Below, piece by piece: positions 1 to 8,535 of a stretch of 64,000 nucleotides of DNA. Below the pieces are notes generated by a model. That model did not search any database, was not told the DNA's origin, and worked only from the letters and a program-made list of their open reading frames with translations. The position numbers and the translations under genes are program-made. The number at the start of each line of letters is the position of its first letter. The first letter of the stretch is position 1. Origin of the DNA: Woeseiaceae bacterium (GTDB lineage: Bacteria; Pseudomonadota; Gammaproteobacteria; Steroidobacterales; Woeseiaceae); assembly GCA_021773135.1 (NCBI GenBank), contig JAJFKP010000017.1, positions 50,520 through 114,519 on the forward strand, written 5' to 3'.

Positions 1-1
1 A

Positions 2-241
2 AGCGCTCCAAGTAAGACGCATGCTCGCTCGAAACAATCGGCAGCGCCAGATCGGAAACACGTTTTACCTGTCGATTTGACGCGGCGAATGTTGGAGCTC
101 GAAAAGGAACTTGTCCTGGCAGCGTTGCGGCGGGCGAAATTCAATCAACGAGTTGCAGCAACGTTGCTTGGCCTGAGTTACCACCAGCTGCGCGGCAAGA
201 TCAGGAAACACACCCTCGATGTCCGCAACATGGAAACCTAG
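2..241 (+). CDS. C-terminal fragment of a Fis-type HTH (NtrC/sigma-54 activator-like) transcriptional regulator, 5' end outside the window
   Basis: Frame 2 is open from the window edge to TAG 239-241. The tail LEKELVLAALRRAKFNQRVAATLLGLSYHQLRGKIRKH looks like the Fis-family HTH that ends enhancer-binding proteins. Confidence 0.55.
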   Translation, partial: SAPSKTHARSKQSAAPDRKHVLPVDLTRRMLELEKELVLAALRRAKFNQRVAATLLGLSYHQLRGKIRKHTLDVRNMET

Positions 242-252
242 GAGTCGTCTCG

Positions 253-1164
253 CTAGGAGTCGTCCCGATAGCGTCGTACGTAGATTGCCGCGGTGGTAAA
301 CAGACCACAGACTACAATGCCAATCCAGAGGCCGCCGCTCGTGAGGAATCCGCCCAGATCCATGATGTCAAAAAGGCTTACGCCCTCCGAAACGGTGTTA
401 CTGCGTTCATCGAAAAAATCTGTCGGATCTACGCCCTGGAAAAGCGGCATCTTCCACGCTCTGATATAGAACGCCTCTGCCACTGCCGAAGACCCCAGCA
501 GAATTTTTTCAAGCATGGGCAGGATCAGGAGAGGCAGTACTGCCATTATGAGCGGCGAGCGTTTGGTGAATGCGGAAACGAACAGAAACCAGCCGATAAA
601 CGGGGCTGACCACAACGGCACCGCTATCATGAATACGAGCGTAGCCGCCCAATTGTCGACCAACGGCGCGGCGCTCCAGATCATATGCCCGGCATCGGCG
701 CCCTGGAAGCCGATCCATATGCTTGAGATCACCAGCACTGCGATATGCGTAGCCATTACGAATGCAAACGTGATGAGCGGAATAACGAAAATGGCTGTCA
801 GTAATTTCGACAGCACGGTTTCGAAATCAGTACACGGAATCGACCTCCAGAAAAGGATGCTGCGATCCTTGCGCTCGGCATAGAGTGCATCCAGCGTATA
901 AAAGATTGTCAGAAACCACATTCCGATCACGAAGAAAACAGAGACGCCTGACATGACCGCAGAAATTGCCGCAGCGCGTTCGTTCTCGCCGAGATTGGAA
1001 CCACCGAGCATAGCGAGGTCCACTGCCTGATCGAACGCTGAAAAGGTTGCCTGACCGGTAACGGTGCCAAGCGACACCAGCAACGCAATAATCGCGGGTG
1101 TCAGATAAATGGAACGATGCTCCCAAAGTTCCCTTCTGATGAGCGCGACCTGATCCTTGATCAT
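253..1164 (-). CDS. ABC-2 type transporter permease (multi-pass membrane protein)
   Basis: 303 aa hydrophobic ORF. Its start overlaps the stop of the upstream ABC ATPase by 4 nt (1161-1164). It is the last gene of a GntR/ATPase/permease operon. Confidence 0.7.
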   Translation of the reverse strand: MIKDQVALIRRELWEHRSIYLTPAIIALLVSLGTVTGQATFSAFDQAVDLAMLGGSNLGENERAAAISAVMSGVSVFFVIGMWFLTIFYTLDALYAERKDRSILFWRSIPCTDFETVLSKLLTAIFVIPLITFAFVMATHIAVLVISSIWIGFQGADAGHMIWSAAPLVDNWAATLVFMIAVPLWSAPFIGWFLFVSAFTKRSPLIMAVLPLLILPMLEKILLGSSAVAEAFYIRAWKMPLFQGVDPTDFFDERSNTVSEGVSLFDIMDLGGFLTSGGLWIGIVVCGLFTTAAIYVRRYRDDS

Positions 1165-2018
1165 TGTGCCGCTCCTTTAACTTTCGCAACGAACAGATCT
1201 GCGACGTCCGGAGTCCGGAGGTCACCAAGTCCCTGCAATTGTTCCCGCTCGACGCCCTCGAACGTCATGACTTTCTTGCCGAAGACATCCTTTTCATAGA
1301 TCGGATTCAGATGTTTCGCCTTGGCCGCATTTTCAGCGGTAGCCATAAGTTCCACGTACCGCTCTGACACTGCTTCCATCGGCGTATCCAGAACTACGCG
1401 CCCGTCGTTTATGAACATCACGTCGGTAAGAAGGTTTTCGATCTCCTCCACCTGGTGCGTTGTGATGATGATCGTGCGCTCTTCATCAAAATAGTCGTTG
1501 AGCAGGTTTGCGTAGAAATCTTTGCGAAAGATGATATCGAGACCGATTGTCGGCTCATCGAGGACCAGGAGTTTGGCATCAATAGCGGTAATGATTGACA
1601 GGTGCAGTTGGGTAACCATGCCCTTGGACAGTTCTCTGACTTTTGCAGTCTTGTGAATCTTGGTCTGGGCAAGCAGTTCTTCCGCGCGCTCACGTGAAAA
1701 TCGCGGATGAATCGATTCGAGGAAGTCGAGCAGCTGCGAAACCTTGATCCAGCGAGGCAAAACCGCTACATCCGCAATGAAGCAAATGTTCTGCATCAGG
1801 TCTTTACGTTGCCGGAATGGATCAAGGCCTAAAACGGATAGCGTGCCCTGGCAGTCCGTCAGCCCGAGGACGGCTTTCAGCAGAGTGGTCTTGCCGGCGC
1901 CGTTCGGACCAATCAGGCCCATGATGCGCCCTTTTTCGATATCGAAACTGACATTGTCCACAGCAAGCGTAGAGCCGTAGCTTTTGGAAACGTTACGCGC
2001 ACTGACAATGCTAGTCAT
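1161..2018 (-). CDS. ABC transporter ATP-binding protein
   Basis: Walker A GPNGAGKTT, signature LSKGM, Walker B LLVLDEPT. The ATG at 2018 is preferred over 2042 because GGGGAG lies just upstream. It overlaps the GntR stop by 8 nt. Confidence 0.9.
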   Translation of the reverse strand: MTSIVSARNVSKSYGSTLAVDNVSFDIEKGRIMGLIGPNGAGKTTLLKAVLGLTDCQGTLSVLGLDPFRQRKDLMQNICFIADVAVLPRWIKVSQLLDFLESIHPRFSRERAEELLAQTKIHKTAKVRELSKGMVTQLHLSIITAIDAKLLVLDEPTIGLDIIFRKDFYANLLNDYFDEERTIIITTHQVEEIENLLTDVMFINDGRVVLDTPMEAVSERYVELMATAENAAKAKHLNPIYEKDVFGKKVMTFEGVEREQLQGLGDLRTPDVADLFVAKVKGAAQ

Positions 2019-2409
2019 CTTGCTCCCCTTCTTCTGTGGCATCAGAGGCAGCGTATTGTTCGGCCCGGTTCAGCAGATCCTCAGCGTCCAGCCCCAGTCG
2101 CGCTATTGTCGCTGCAACAAGTGGCCATTCTTTTTCGAGAAATTTTTGTCGCTCATCCAACAACAGCTGCTTGCGAGCGCCCTCCGTAACGAACATGCCA
2201 CGACCACGTTTTTTCTCCACCAGTCCTTCGTCCACCAGCTCCTGGTAGCCTTTAAGTACGGTGAGAGGATTCAGCCGATATTCAGCAGCGACGTTGCGAA
2301 CCGACGGCAGAGCATCACCATCTTTAAGAACGCCTTCCAACATCATCGCCACAACTCTATCTCGCAGCTGGCGATAAATCGGCTGGTCGTCGTTCCATTT
2401 TGGATCCAT
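2011..2409 (-). CDS. GntR-family transcriptional regulator, YtrA-like short subfamily
   Basis: 132 aa. N-terminal winged HTH (PIYRQLRDRVVAMMLEGVLKDGDALPSVRNVAAEYRLNPLTVLKGYQELVDEGLVEKKRGRGMFV) with a short C-terminal tail. Precedes an ABC ATPase and permease as in ytrA operons. Confidence 0.85.
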   Translation of the reverse strand: MDPKWNDDQPIYRQLRDRVVAMMLEGVLKDGDALPSVRNVAAEYRLNPLTVLKGYQELVDEGLVEKKRGRGMFVTEGARKQLLLDERQKFLEKEWPLVAATIARLGLDAEDLLNRAEQYAASDATEEGEQDD

Positions 2410-2426
2410 TGCGTATCCGGTCCCGA

Positions 2427-2588
2427 CTATTTCTTATCGCTATTTGCGTCGCAGAAGACTACCTGCATTCCGGCGGTCTTCTCGGCAGTGGTAACAGGGC
2501 GGAGCACCAGCTCACCGTATGAACGCAGCGGCGCCCACAGGGCAATTCTTGTGAGCAATCGGCGTCCTTTTTGTTTCCAGTTTGTCAT
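2427..2588 (-). CDS. Hypothetical small protein (53 aa)
   Basis: ATG at 2588 is preceded by GGAG with a 7-nt spacer, directly after the TAG of the upstream ORF. It ends 17 nt before the GntR start. Too short for the ORF track and has no recognisable family. Confidence 0.3.
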   Translation of the reverse strand: MTNWKQKGRRLLTRIALWAPLRSYGELVLRPVTTAEKTAGMQVVFCDANSDKK

Positions 2589-2600
2589 CAGGGGGCTCCG

Positions 2601-2906
2601 CTATTTGGACTTAAGCGGTGCAACATTCTCCTGAGAGACGTCGCCGCGCAGTATCCTGGTATCGATGCGCAATTCGATATTAATAGGCATCAATAGCAGG
2701 CGATCGACTATCCCCGGTAACACGTCAAGTTTTTGCAGCTGCTCGGTGTCTGGCGTGATTTCGGTCGGTGCCGTGTGCAGGGGCACAGGCCTCTGTGCAT
2801 GCGGCAGATTCGCCCGTGCCTGACCTGCCACCAATGCAGCAGCCAGCAGCGCCATCACCACGATAGGAATCCAGCCGCTTGTCATTTGAATAAACTGTTT
2901 GCTCAT
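2601..2906 (-). CDS. Hypothetical exported or membrane-anchored small protein (101 aa)
   Basis: N-terminal hydrophobic segment WIPIVVMALLAAALVAGQA. First ORF of the minus-strand GntR/ABC operon, 47 nt downstream of a perfect palindrome. Confidence 0.45.
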   Translation of the reverse strand: MSKQFIQMTSGWIPIVVMALLAAALVAGQARANLPHAQRPVPLHTAPTEITPDTEQLQKLDVLPGIVDRLLLMPINIELRIDTRILRGDVSQENVAPLKSK

Positions 2907-2952
2907 CTCATCCCGCCAGTGCCAGTGCGCACGGCCCCCGTTAAGTGACGTA

Positions 2953-2974
2953 GTGTTATAGTTGACTATAACAC
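2953..2974. promoter_or_regulatory. Perfect 10-2-10 inverted repeat GTGTTATAGT-tg-ACTATAACAC, candidate GntR (YtrA-type) operator
   Basis: Read directly. Both arms contain GT..TA..AC cores typical of GntR-family operators. It lies in the divergent region between the GntR/ABC operon and the ECF sigma gene. Confidence 0.5.
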
Positions 2975-3256
2975 CAAGCTAGCTGAATGCAAGCAAGCCT
3001 GCGAAATAACCCGCAACTCGGCCGGCCCGCGTTTAATTAGTCAACGACAGGCTGGTTAAACTTTGAAATCAATGAGTTATAGTAAAATCTACTGCTTTTA
3101 CGCAGGCCATCTCCGGGCTTTCTGGCGCGCGGTAGCGAGTCTTCGGTGCGTGCTGTTTACGACCGCCAGGATATGCCGATGACAACGCTTGCGACGGGCA
3201 TCGACAAACTCCCACCGCGACTATGCGCTCGCCGGAACGTCGCTTATGCTCGCAAT

Positions 3257-3805
3257 ATGACGGCCGATCTCGATGATTCCGCTTTGATGCTGCGCTACCG
3301 GGACGGTGATGTTGCCGCTTTCGAGGCGCTGTACCGACGCCATAACGATTCGCTTTACCGGTACCTGTTAAGACTGTGTCTGAACCAGGCTACGACTGAT
3401 GATCTGTTCCAGGAAACGTGGGGCAAGATTGTCAAAGCACGTGGCAACTATCGTCCTACCGCAAAATTTTCTACCTTCCTTTTTCGGGTTGCTCACAACT
3501 GCTTTATCGATTATGTACGGCGCAATAAGCGCCATACGAACGAAATCGATGTTGACCCTGACCTGAGCGCTACCGCAGACGATTCGCCCGAATACCTGAC
3601 CGAGAGGCATCTCGCCCGCCGACGCCTGCATACCTGCCTGGCGAAACTTCCGGACGACCAACGCGACGTCTTCCTGCTGCATGAAGAAGCAGGCCTGTCG
3701 ATTGATGAAATCGCGCAGATAACGAGCGTCAACCGGGAAACAGCCAAAAGCCGACTTCGCTACGCGGTTCGTAAGCTAAAACTCGCGCTGACGGAAGAAA
3801 ATTAA
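3257..3805 (+). CDS. ECF-type RNA polymerase sigma-70 family factor
   Basis: Region 2 (DVAAFEALYRRHNDSLYRYLLRLC...DLFQETWGKIV) and region 4 (LPDDQRDVFLLHEEAGLSIDEIAQITSVNRETAKSRLRYAVRKLK). The ORF is open from GTG 3146. ATG 3257 (MTADLDDSALM) gives a typical ECF length. Confidence 0.85.
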   Translation: MTADLDDSALMLRYRDGDVAAFEALYRRHNDSLYRYLLRLCLNQATTDDLFQETWGKIVKARGNYRPTAKFSTFLFRVAHNCFIDYVRRNKRHTNEIDVDPDLSATADDSPEYLTERHLARRRLHTCLAKLPDDQRDVFLLHEEAGLSIDEIAQITSVNRETAKSRLRYAVRKLKLALTEEN

Positions 3806-3807
3806 TC

Positions 3808-4401
3808 ATGCGCGATAAAACAGAAGACAACAGTCAGCAAACCGATAGTTTCACGGTATCTGCTGTATACCAGCAGATTGCAATAGAGCAGGCCCCGCAG
3901 GAACTGGACAGCAAAATCTTGCGAGCGGCGACCATTGAGGCGCGCGGTAGCGGCAACCGAACACTGTGGTGGCTGCGACCGGCGGCGCTGGCCGCAACGT
4001 TGGCACTAAGCGTTGCCCTGGTGCTGCAAGTCGCGGATACAGGTGCGACGAAATCCATTCCCCGCGAGCTGGGATCGCCGACAGCTGCGCCGCAAAACGA
4101 GAATGTGTTCGATGCCGCGGCGGCGGCTGGCATGGAACGAATCAGGGAAGCTGAAGCAGCAGCCCGTGCAAACCCGGGCCCAACGGACCCGCCGACTGCA
4201 CCCGTCAATCGGGTTGGGCCTGATCCCGCTCTGAACAGATCCACGATCGACTACCAGGGTTGCAGTGCAGAGCAGAAGTCGTCGTCGGTTAGCTGGTGGC
4301 AGTGTATCCAGTCGCTAGAAAAGCGCGGCTTGACCGACCTGGCCAGGAGTGAACTCGAGGCACTTTTTGCGGCCAACCCGGGATTCGACGTACCCAATTA
4401 G
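3808..4401 (+). CDS. Putative anti-sigma factor (single-pass membrane protein)
   Basis: Starts 2 nt after the sigma stop. Short cytoplasmic N-terminus, one TM (WWLRPAALAATLALSVALVLQV), Ala/Pro-rich periplasmic part. No HxxxCxxC zinc motif. Confidence 0.55.
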   Translation: MRDKTEDNSQQTDSFTVSAVYQQIAIEQAPQELDSKILRAATIEARGSGNRTLWWLRPAALAATLALSVALVLQVADTGATKSIPRELGSPTAAPQNENVFDAAAAAGMERIREAEAAARANPGPTDPPTAPVNRVGPDPALNRSTIDYQGCSAEQKSSSVSWWQCIQSLEKRGLTDLARSELEALFAANPGFDVPN

Positions 4402-4628
4402 GTCTCGGCTCGAAATAGGCGCCCCCGGCAAACGCCTGTTATCAAGCCTGGCGTCCAGTTAAGGGTATTCCGATCCTTGAAAAGGGCTTGGTACTTCCTG
4501 CAAACTGCGTCTTGTCTTGATCCAAGCTGGATGTTTGATTGCCTGCGCCAACGCGCTTTCTTCGGCCTGCAGGCATCGCTCGCCAGATACACCTGAATAT
4601 AACGCTCCCTAGATAAGGTTGCCGCACA

Positions 4629-5606
4629 ATGAAAAAACCCGTTCGCGTCACAATTACCGGCGCAGCCGGACAAATCGGCTATCAGCTGGCATTTCGAATC
4701 GCATCTGGACAGATGCTGGGAGCCGATCAGCCTGTCATTTTGCAGCTACTTGAGATCCCACCGGCATTGCCGGCACTGCATGGCGTTGTTATGGAGCTTG
4801 ATGACTGCGCCTTCCCGACCATGGCCGGAATCGTCGCCACTGATGATCCTGATGTGGCATTCAGGGACAGCGACTATGCGCTTCTGGTTGGCGCCCGCCC
4901 GCGCGGACCCGGTATGGAGCGGAAAGACTTGCTGGAGGCCAACGCACAGATATTTTCCGTGCAGGGTAAGGCAATGAACGATCACGCGAATCGTGAAATC
5001 CGTGTACTCGTGGTCGGCAATCCGGCTAACACGAATGCGCTGATCGCCAGCGCGAACGCACCGGACATCGATAAGTCCTGTTTCACGGCCATGACGCGAC
5101 TCGATCATAACCGGGCGCTGGCACAACTCGCGGCCAAGACGAACAGTCATACCACGGATATTCGGCAATTGACGATCTGGGGTAACCACTCGGCAACCCA
5201 GTATCCGGATATCAATCATGCATCGGTCGCGGGAAAGGCGGCGACCGAGCTTGTCGACCAGGCCTGGCTTAGCGAAGAATTCATTCCAACCGTGCAACAG
5301 CGCGGCGCTGCTATCATCAAGGCTCGCGGTGCATCATCAGCGGCATCAGCTGCGTCGGCCGCAATCGATCATATGCACGACTGGGCGCTCGGTACGCCGG
5401 ATGACGACTGGGTCAGCATGGGAATTCCGGCTGATGGCAGTTACGGCATCGAAGCAGGCATTATCTATTCGTACCCCGTTCGCTGCGCGGCGCGAACTTA
5501 CGAAATTGTGCAGGGTCTCGATATCAGCGAATTCAGTCGGGCGCGTATGTCAGCCACCGAAACTGAACTGCGAGAAGAGCGCGCTGCTATCGAATCGTTA
5601 TTGTAA
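4629..5606 (+). CDS. mdh: Malate dehydrogenase (LDH-like, type 2)
   Basis: [18 protein letters not shown] Rossmann start, [20 protein letters not shown] and WGNHS motifs. 325 aa. Confidence 0.95.
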   Translation: MKKPVRVTITGAAGQIGYQLAFRIASGQMLGADQPVILQLLEIPPALPALHGVVMELDDCAFPTMAGIVATDDPDVAFRDSDYALLVGARPRGPGMERKDLLEANAQIFSVQGKAMNDHANREIRVLVVGNPANTNALIASANAPDIDKSCFTAMTRLDHNRALAQLAAKTNSHTTDIRQLTIWGNHSATQYPDINHASVAGKAATELVDQAWLSEEFIPTVQQRGAAIIKARGASSAASAASAAIDHMHDWALGTPDDDWVSMGIPADGSYGIEAGIIYSYPVRCAARTYEIVQGLDISEFSRARMSATETELREERAAIESLL

Positions 5607-5723
5607 GACGGTAGCTCGTTCTACCTGAATGTGACTCGCGATCTGGCGCCACCTGGCGCCCGATGATAGGGTCTCAGGGCTGCGGCGATCCTCGCCGACG
5701 CTTATTCAAATGAGGAATATTTC

Positions 5724-8393
5724 GTGTCCGGTTTTCTTTTGAGTCTTGGCTGGTTTCTACTCTTTTTCGGCGGCGCAATTTATCTCGCCTATAGCCGCGT
5801 AAGCCTGTTTTCATCGACGGTTACGATGGGAGCCATCTTGCTGGCATACGTGTTTTTCGGCGACTGGAACCTGCTGTGGCTGATCGTACTATTTGCGTTG
5901 TACGGCGTACTTGTCTTCCCCAACTTCGTTGACCTCCGGCGGGAGAAAGTCACGCGGCCGGCGCTCGATATCTATCGAACAATGCTGCCCTCAATGTCCG
6001 ATACCGAGAAAGAAGCGCTTGAAGCTGGCAGCACGTGGTGGGACGGGCAGCTGTTTTCCGGCATGCCCGACTGGGATCGATTGATGTCGTTCCCCGCGCC
6101 CCGGTTGTCCGACGAGGAACAGGCGTTCCTGGACGGACCGTGTGAGGAACTTTGCTCCATGCTGGACGACTGGGAGATCGCGCACGAACGTGCTGACATG
6201 CCACCAGCTGCCTGGGAATATATCAAGAAGCACAAATTCTTCGCGATGATTATCCCGAAACATTACGGCGGGCTGGAATTCTCCGCGTATGCGAACGCAA
6301 TGGTAATTACGAAACTTGCCAGTCGCAACGCCACGGCATCGTCAACGGTGGGTGTCCCCAATTCCCTGGGGCCGGCGGAGTTGTTACTGCATTACGGCAC
6401 CGAAGAGCAAAAGAATCGCTGGCTGCCGGGCCTCGCCTCCGGAGATGAGATCCCATGTTTCGCGCTAACGTCGCCGCAGGCCGGCTCGGACGCCGCAGCA
6501 CTGATTGATACCGGCGTAATCTGCAAAGGAACCTGGGAGGGCAAACAGACGCTCGGCATTCGGCTGAACTGGGAAAAGCGCTATATAACCCTGGCACCGG
6601 TCGCAACCGTACTGGGGCTCGCATTCAAACTGTACGATCCTGATCACCTGATAGGCGACCAGGATGAATACGGGATCACGGCCGCCCTGATACCGACGGA
6701 CCTGCCTGGTATCAGCATCGGCCGGCGACACTATCCGTTGAACATCCCGTTCCAGAATGGCCCGACTTCCGGCGAGGATGTGTTTGTACCACTCGACTTC
6801 ATTATTGGTGGGCAGGAAATGGCCGGCAAAGGCTGGAAGATGCTGGTCGAATTACTGTCGGTCGGACGTGCCATTACATTGCCGTCAACGGCCGCTGGAG
6901 GTGGCCAGGCTGCTGCCTACGCAACCGGCGCCTATGCGCAAATCAGGCGCCAGTTTAACCTGCCGATTGCTAAGTTTGAGGGTGTTGGCGAAGCCCTTGC
7001 GCGCATTGCAGGCTACACCTACACCATGAATGCCGCTGTGTCAGTTACAGCCGGGGCAATTGACCAGGGTGAAAAGCCGGCCGTGCCATCGGCAATCCTG
7101 AAATATCACTGTACGGAGTTAGGTCGAAAAGTCGCGAACGACGCAATGGATGTTCACGGCGGCAAGGCGATCATGATGGGCCCAAAGAATTACGTTGGCC
7201 GAAATTACATGGCGACACCCATCGCAATTACCGTAGAGGGTGCCAATATTCTGACCCGCAGCCTGATTATTTTCGGCCAGGGCGCCATGCGCTGCCATCC
7301 CTACGTACTGCGTGAACTCCAGGCTGCACAGGACACCGATTCCGAGCGCGGGTTACACGAATTTGACGATGCGCTGTTTTCACACATCGGCTATGCGATA
7401 AGCAATGCCGCGCGCGCGTTTTTCCTGGCACTGACCCACGCTAAATTCAGCAATGTGCCATTGAATACGCCAACGCGACGCTATTACCAGAATGTAAATC
7501 GGTATAGCGCTGCATTTGCATTGACGACCGATTTCGCCATGTTGACGCTGGGCGGCAAACTGAAAATAAAAGAGTTGTTATCTGCACGTTTGGGTGATGT
7601 GCTAAGCAGCATGTACCTGGCTTCGACGGTATTGAAACACTTCGAAAACCAGGGCCGGCGCGCGACAGATATTCCACTGGTCGAATGGTCTGTGCGAACC
7701 TTGATGTACAGCGCCCAGGAACAGTTGCACAGCTTTCTACTGAATTTTCCGAATCGTCCGGTTGCATTTCTCCTTCGACTGATCATCTTTCCACGAGGGC
7801 GAACCTATTCCTCTCCCTCCGACGACCTGGGCAAGAAGATAGTCGACCTGATCACTGAAACGGGAGAGGCCAGGCAAAGATTAAGCGAACAAGCATTTAA
7901 GGCTCTTGAACCTGGCAGTCCACTGGGACTCCTGCAGGAAGCCCTTGAGTTATCAGAGAAACAGCTGCCGCTGGAGAAAAAGCTCCGCCAGGCACGTAAG
8001 GAAGGGCTCATTCAGTCGGAGTATCTCGGTCATCAGATAGAAGAGGCAGGGCGTGCAGGCGTTATCAGTGAAAAAGAGGCCAGCACCTTGCGTGAATATC
8101 ATGAAAAAGTTTTGCATCTCCTGTCCGTCGACGATTTTTCGCCGGATGAACTGGGGCGCCAAGATTCGAATACCGATAGCCCCGTCGTTGCAGAAACGAA
8201 TCGGCCGCCGGTCGAGATGGTTATAGCGCCGGACGAACCGGACGAAAATGAGGCTGCCGGCAGCAGGAAGGTCGCGAAGAAGGCGGCCAAGAAAAAAGTT
8301 ACCGGCAAAAAAAGCAGCAGCAAGAAAAAAACCAGTAACAAGAAAAGTTCCCCCAGGCAGTCAGGTGCCAAGAACGATAAGAAAGCAGGATAG
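5724..8393 (+). CDS. fadE: Long-chain acyl-CoA dehydrogenase FadE type, with Lys-rich C-terminal extension
   Basis: GTG start with GAGGAA upstream. N-terminal membrane-like segment, ACAD core (FALTSPQAGSDAAA, GGQEMAGKGWKML) and FadE C-terminal domain. 889 aa, ending in a KKAAKKK-type tail. Confidence 0.9.
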   Translation: MSGFLLSLGWFLLFFGGAIYLAYSRVSLFSSTVTMGAILLAYVFFGDWNLLWLIVLFALYGVLVFPNFVDLRREKVTRPALDIYRTMLPSMSDTEKEALEAGSTWWDGQLFSGMPDWDRLMSFPAPRLSDEEQAFLDGPCEELCSMLDDWEIAHERADMPPAAWEYIKKHKFFAMIIPKHYGGLEFSAYANAMVITKLASRNATASSTVGVPNSLGPAELLLHYGTEEQKNRWLPGLASGDEIPCFALTSPQAGSDAAALIDTGVICKGTWEGKQTLGIRLNWEKRYITLAPVATVLGLAFKLYDPDHLIGDQDEYGITAALIPTDLPGISIGRRHYPLNIPFQNGPTSGEDVFVPLDFIIGGQEMAGKGWKMLVELLSVGRAITLPSTAAGGGQAAAYATGAYAQIRRQFNLPIAKFEGVGEALARIAGYTYTMNAAVSVTAGAIDQGEKPAVPSAILKYHCTELGRKVANDAMDVHGGKAIMMGPKNYVGRNYMATPIAITVEGANILTRSLIIFGQGAMRCHPYVLRELQAAQDTDSERGLHEFDDALFSHIGYAISNAARAFFLALTHAKFSNVPLNTPTRRYYQNVNRYSAAFALTTDFAMLTLGGKLKIKELLSARLGDVLSSMYLASTVLKHFENQGRRATDIPLVEWSVRTLMYSAQEQLHSFLLNFPNRPVAFLLRLIIFPRGRTYSSPSDDLGKKIVDLITETGEARQRLSEQAFKALEPGSPLGLLQEALELSEKQLPLEKKLRQARKEGLIQSEYLGHQIEEAGRAGVISEKEASTLREYHEKVLHLLSVDDFSPDELGRQDSNTDSPVVAETNRPPVEMVIAPDEPDENEAAGSRKVAKKAAKKKVTGKKSSSKKKTSNKKSSPRQSGAKNDKKAG

Positions 8394-8535
8394 CGGCCTT
8401 TCGCGGGCATAGCTCAATATCGCAGGACGACTCCGTGCACACAGCACGGAATCACTTTGTGCCTTCGGAGCATGGACGGTGTGGACGTCCGCGGCCGCAC
8501 TGCAAACCGCAGGAAGTCGCTTTGGGTAGCAGGAT

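Noticed and set aside
4398-4673. 91-aa and 69-aa minus-strand ORFs in the anti-sigma/mdh intergenic region
   Set aside because: They overlap the mdh start and promoter region, are Arg/Cys-rich, and have no RBS or recognisable motif.
8432-8450. Hairpin TCCGTGC-acaca-GCACGGA 39 nt after the fadE stop, as a possible terminator
   Set aside because: The stem is only 7 bp and no T-tract follows (atcactttgt). That is insufficient to call an intrinsic terminator.
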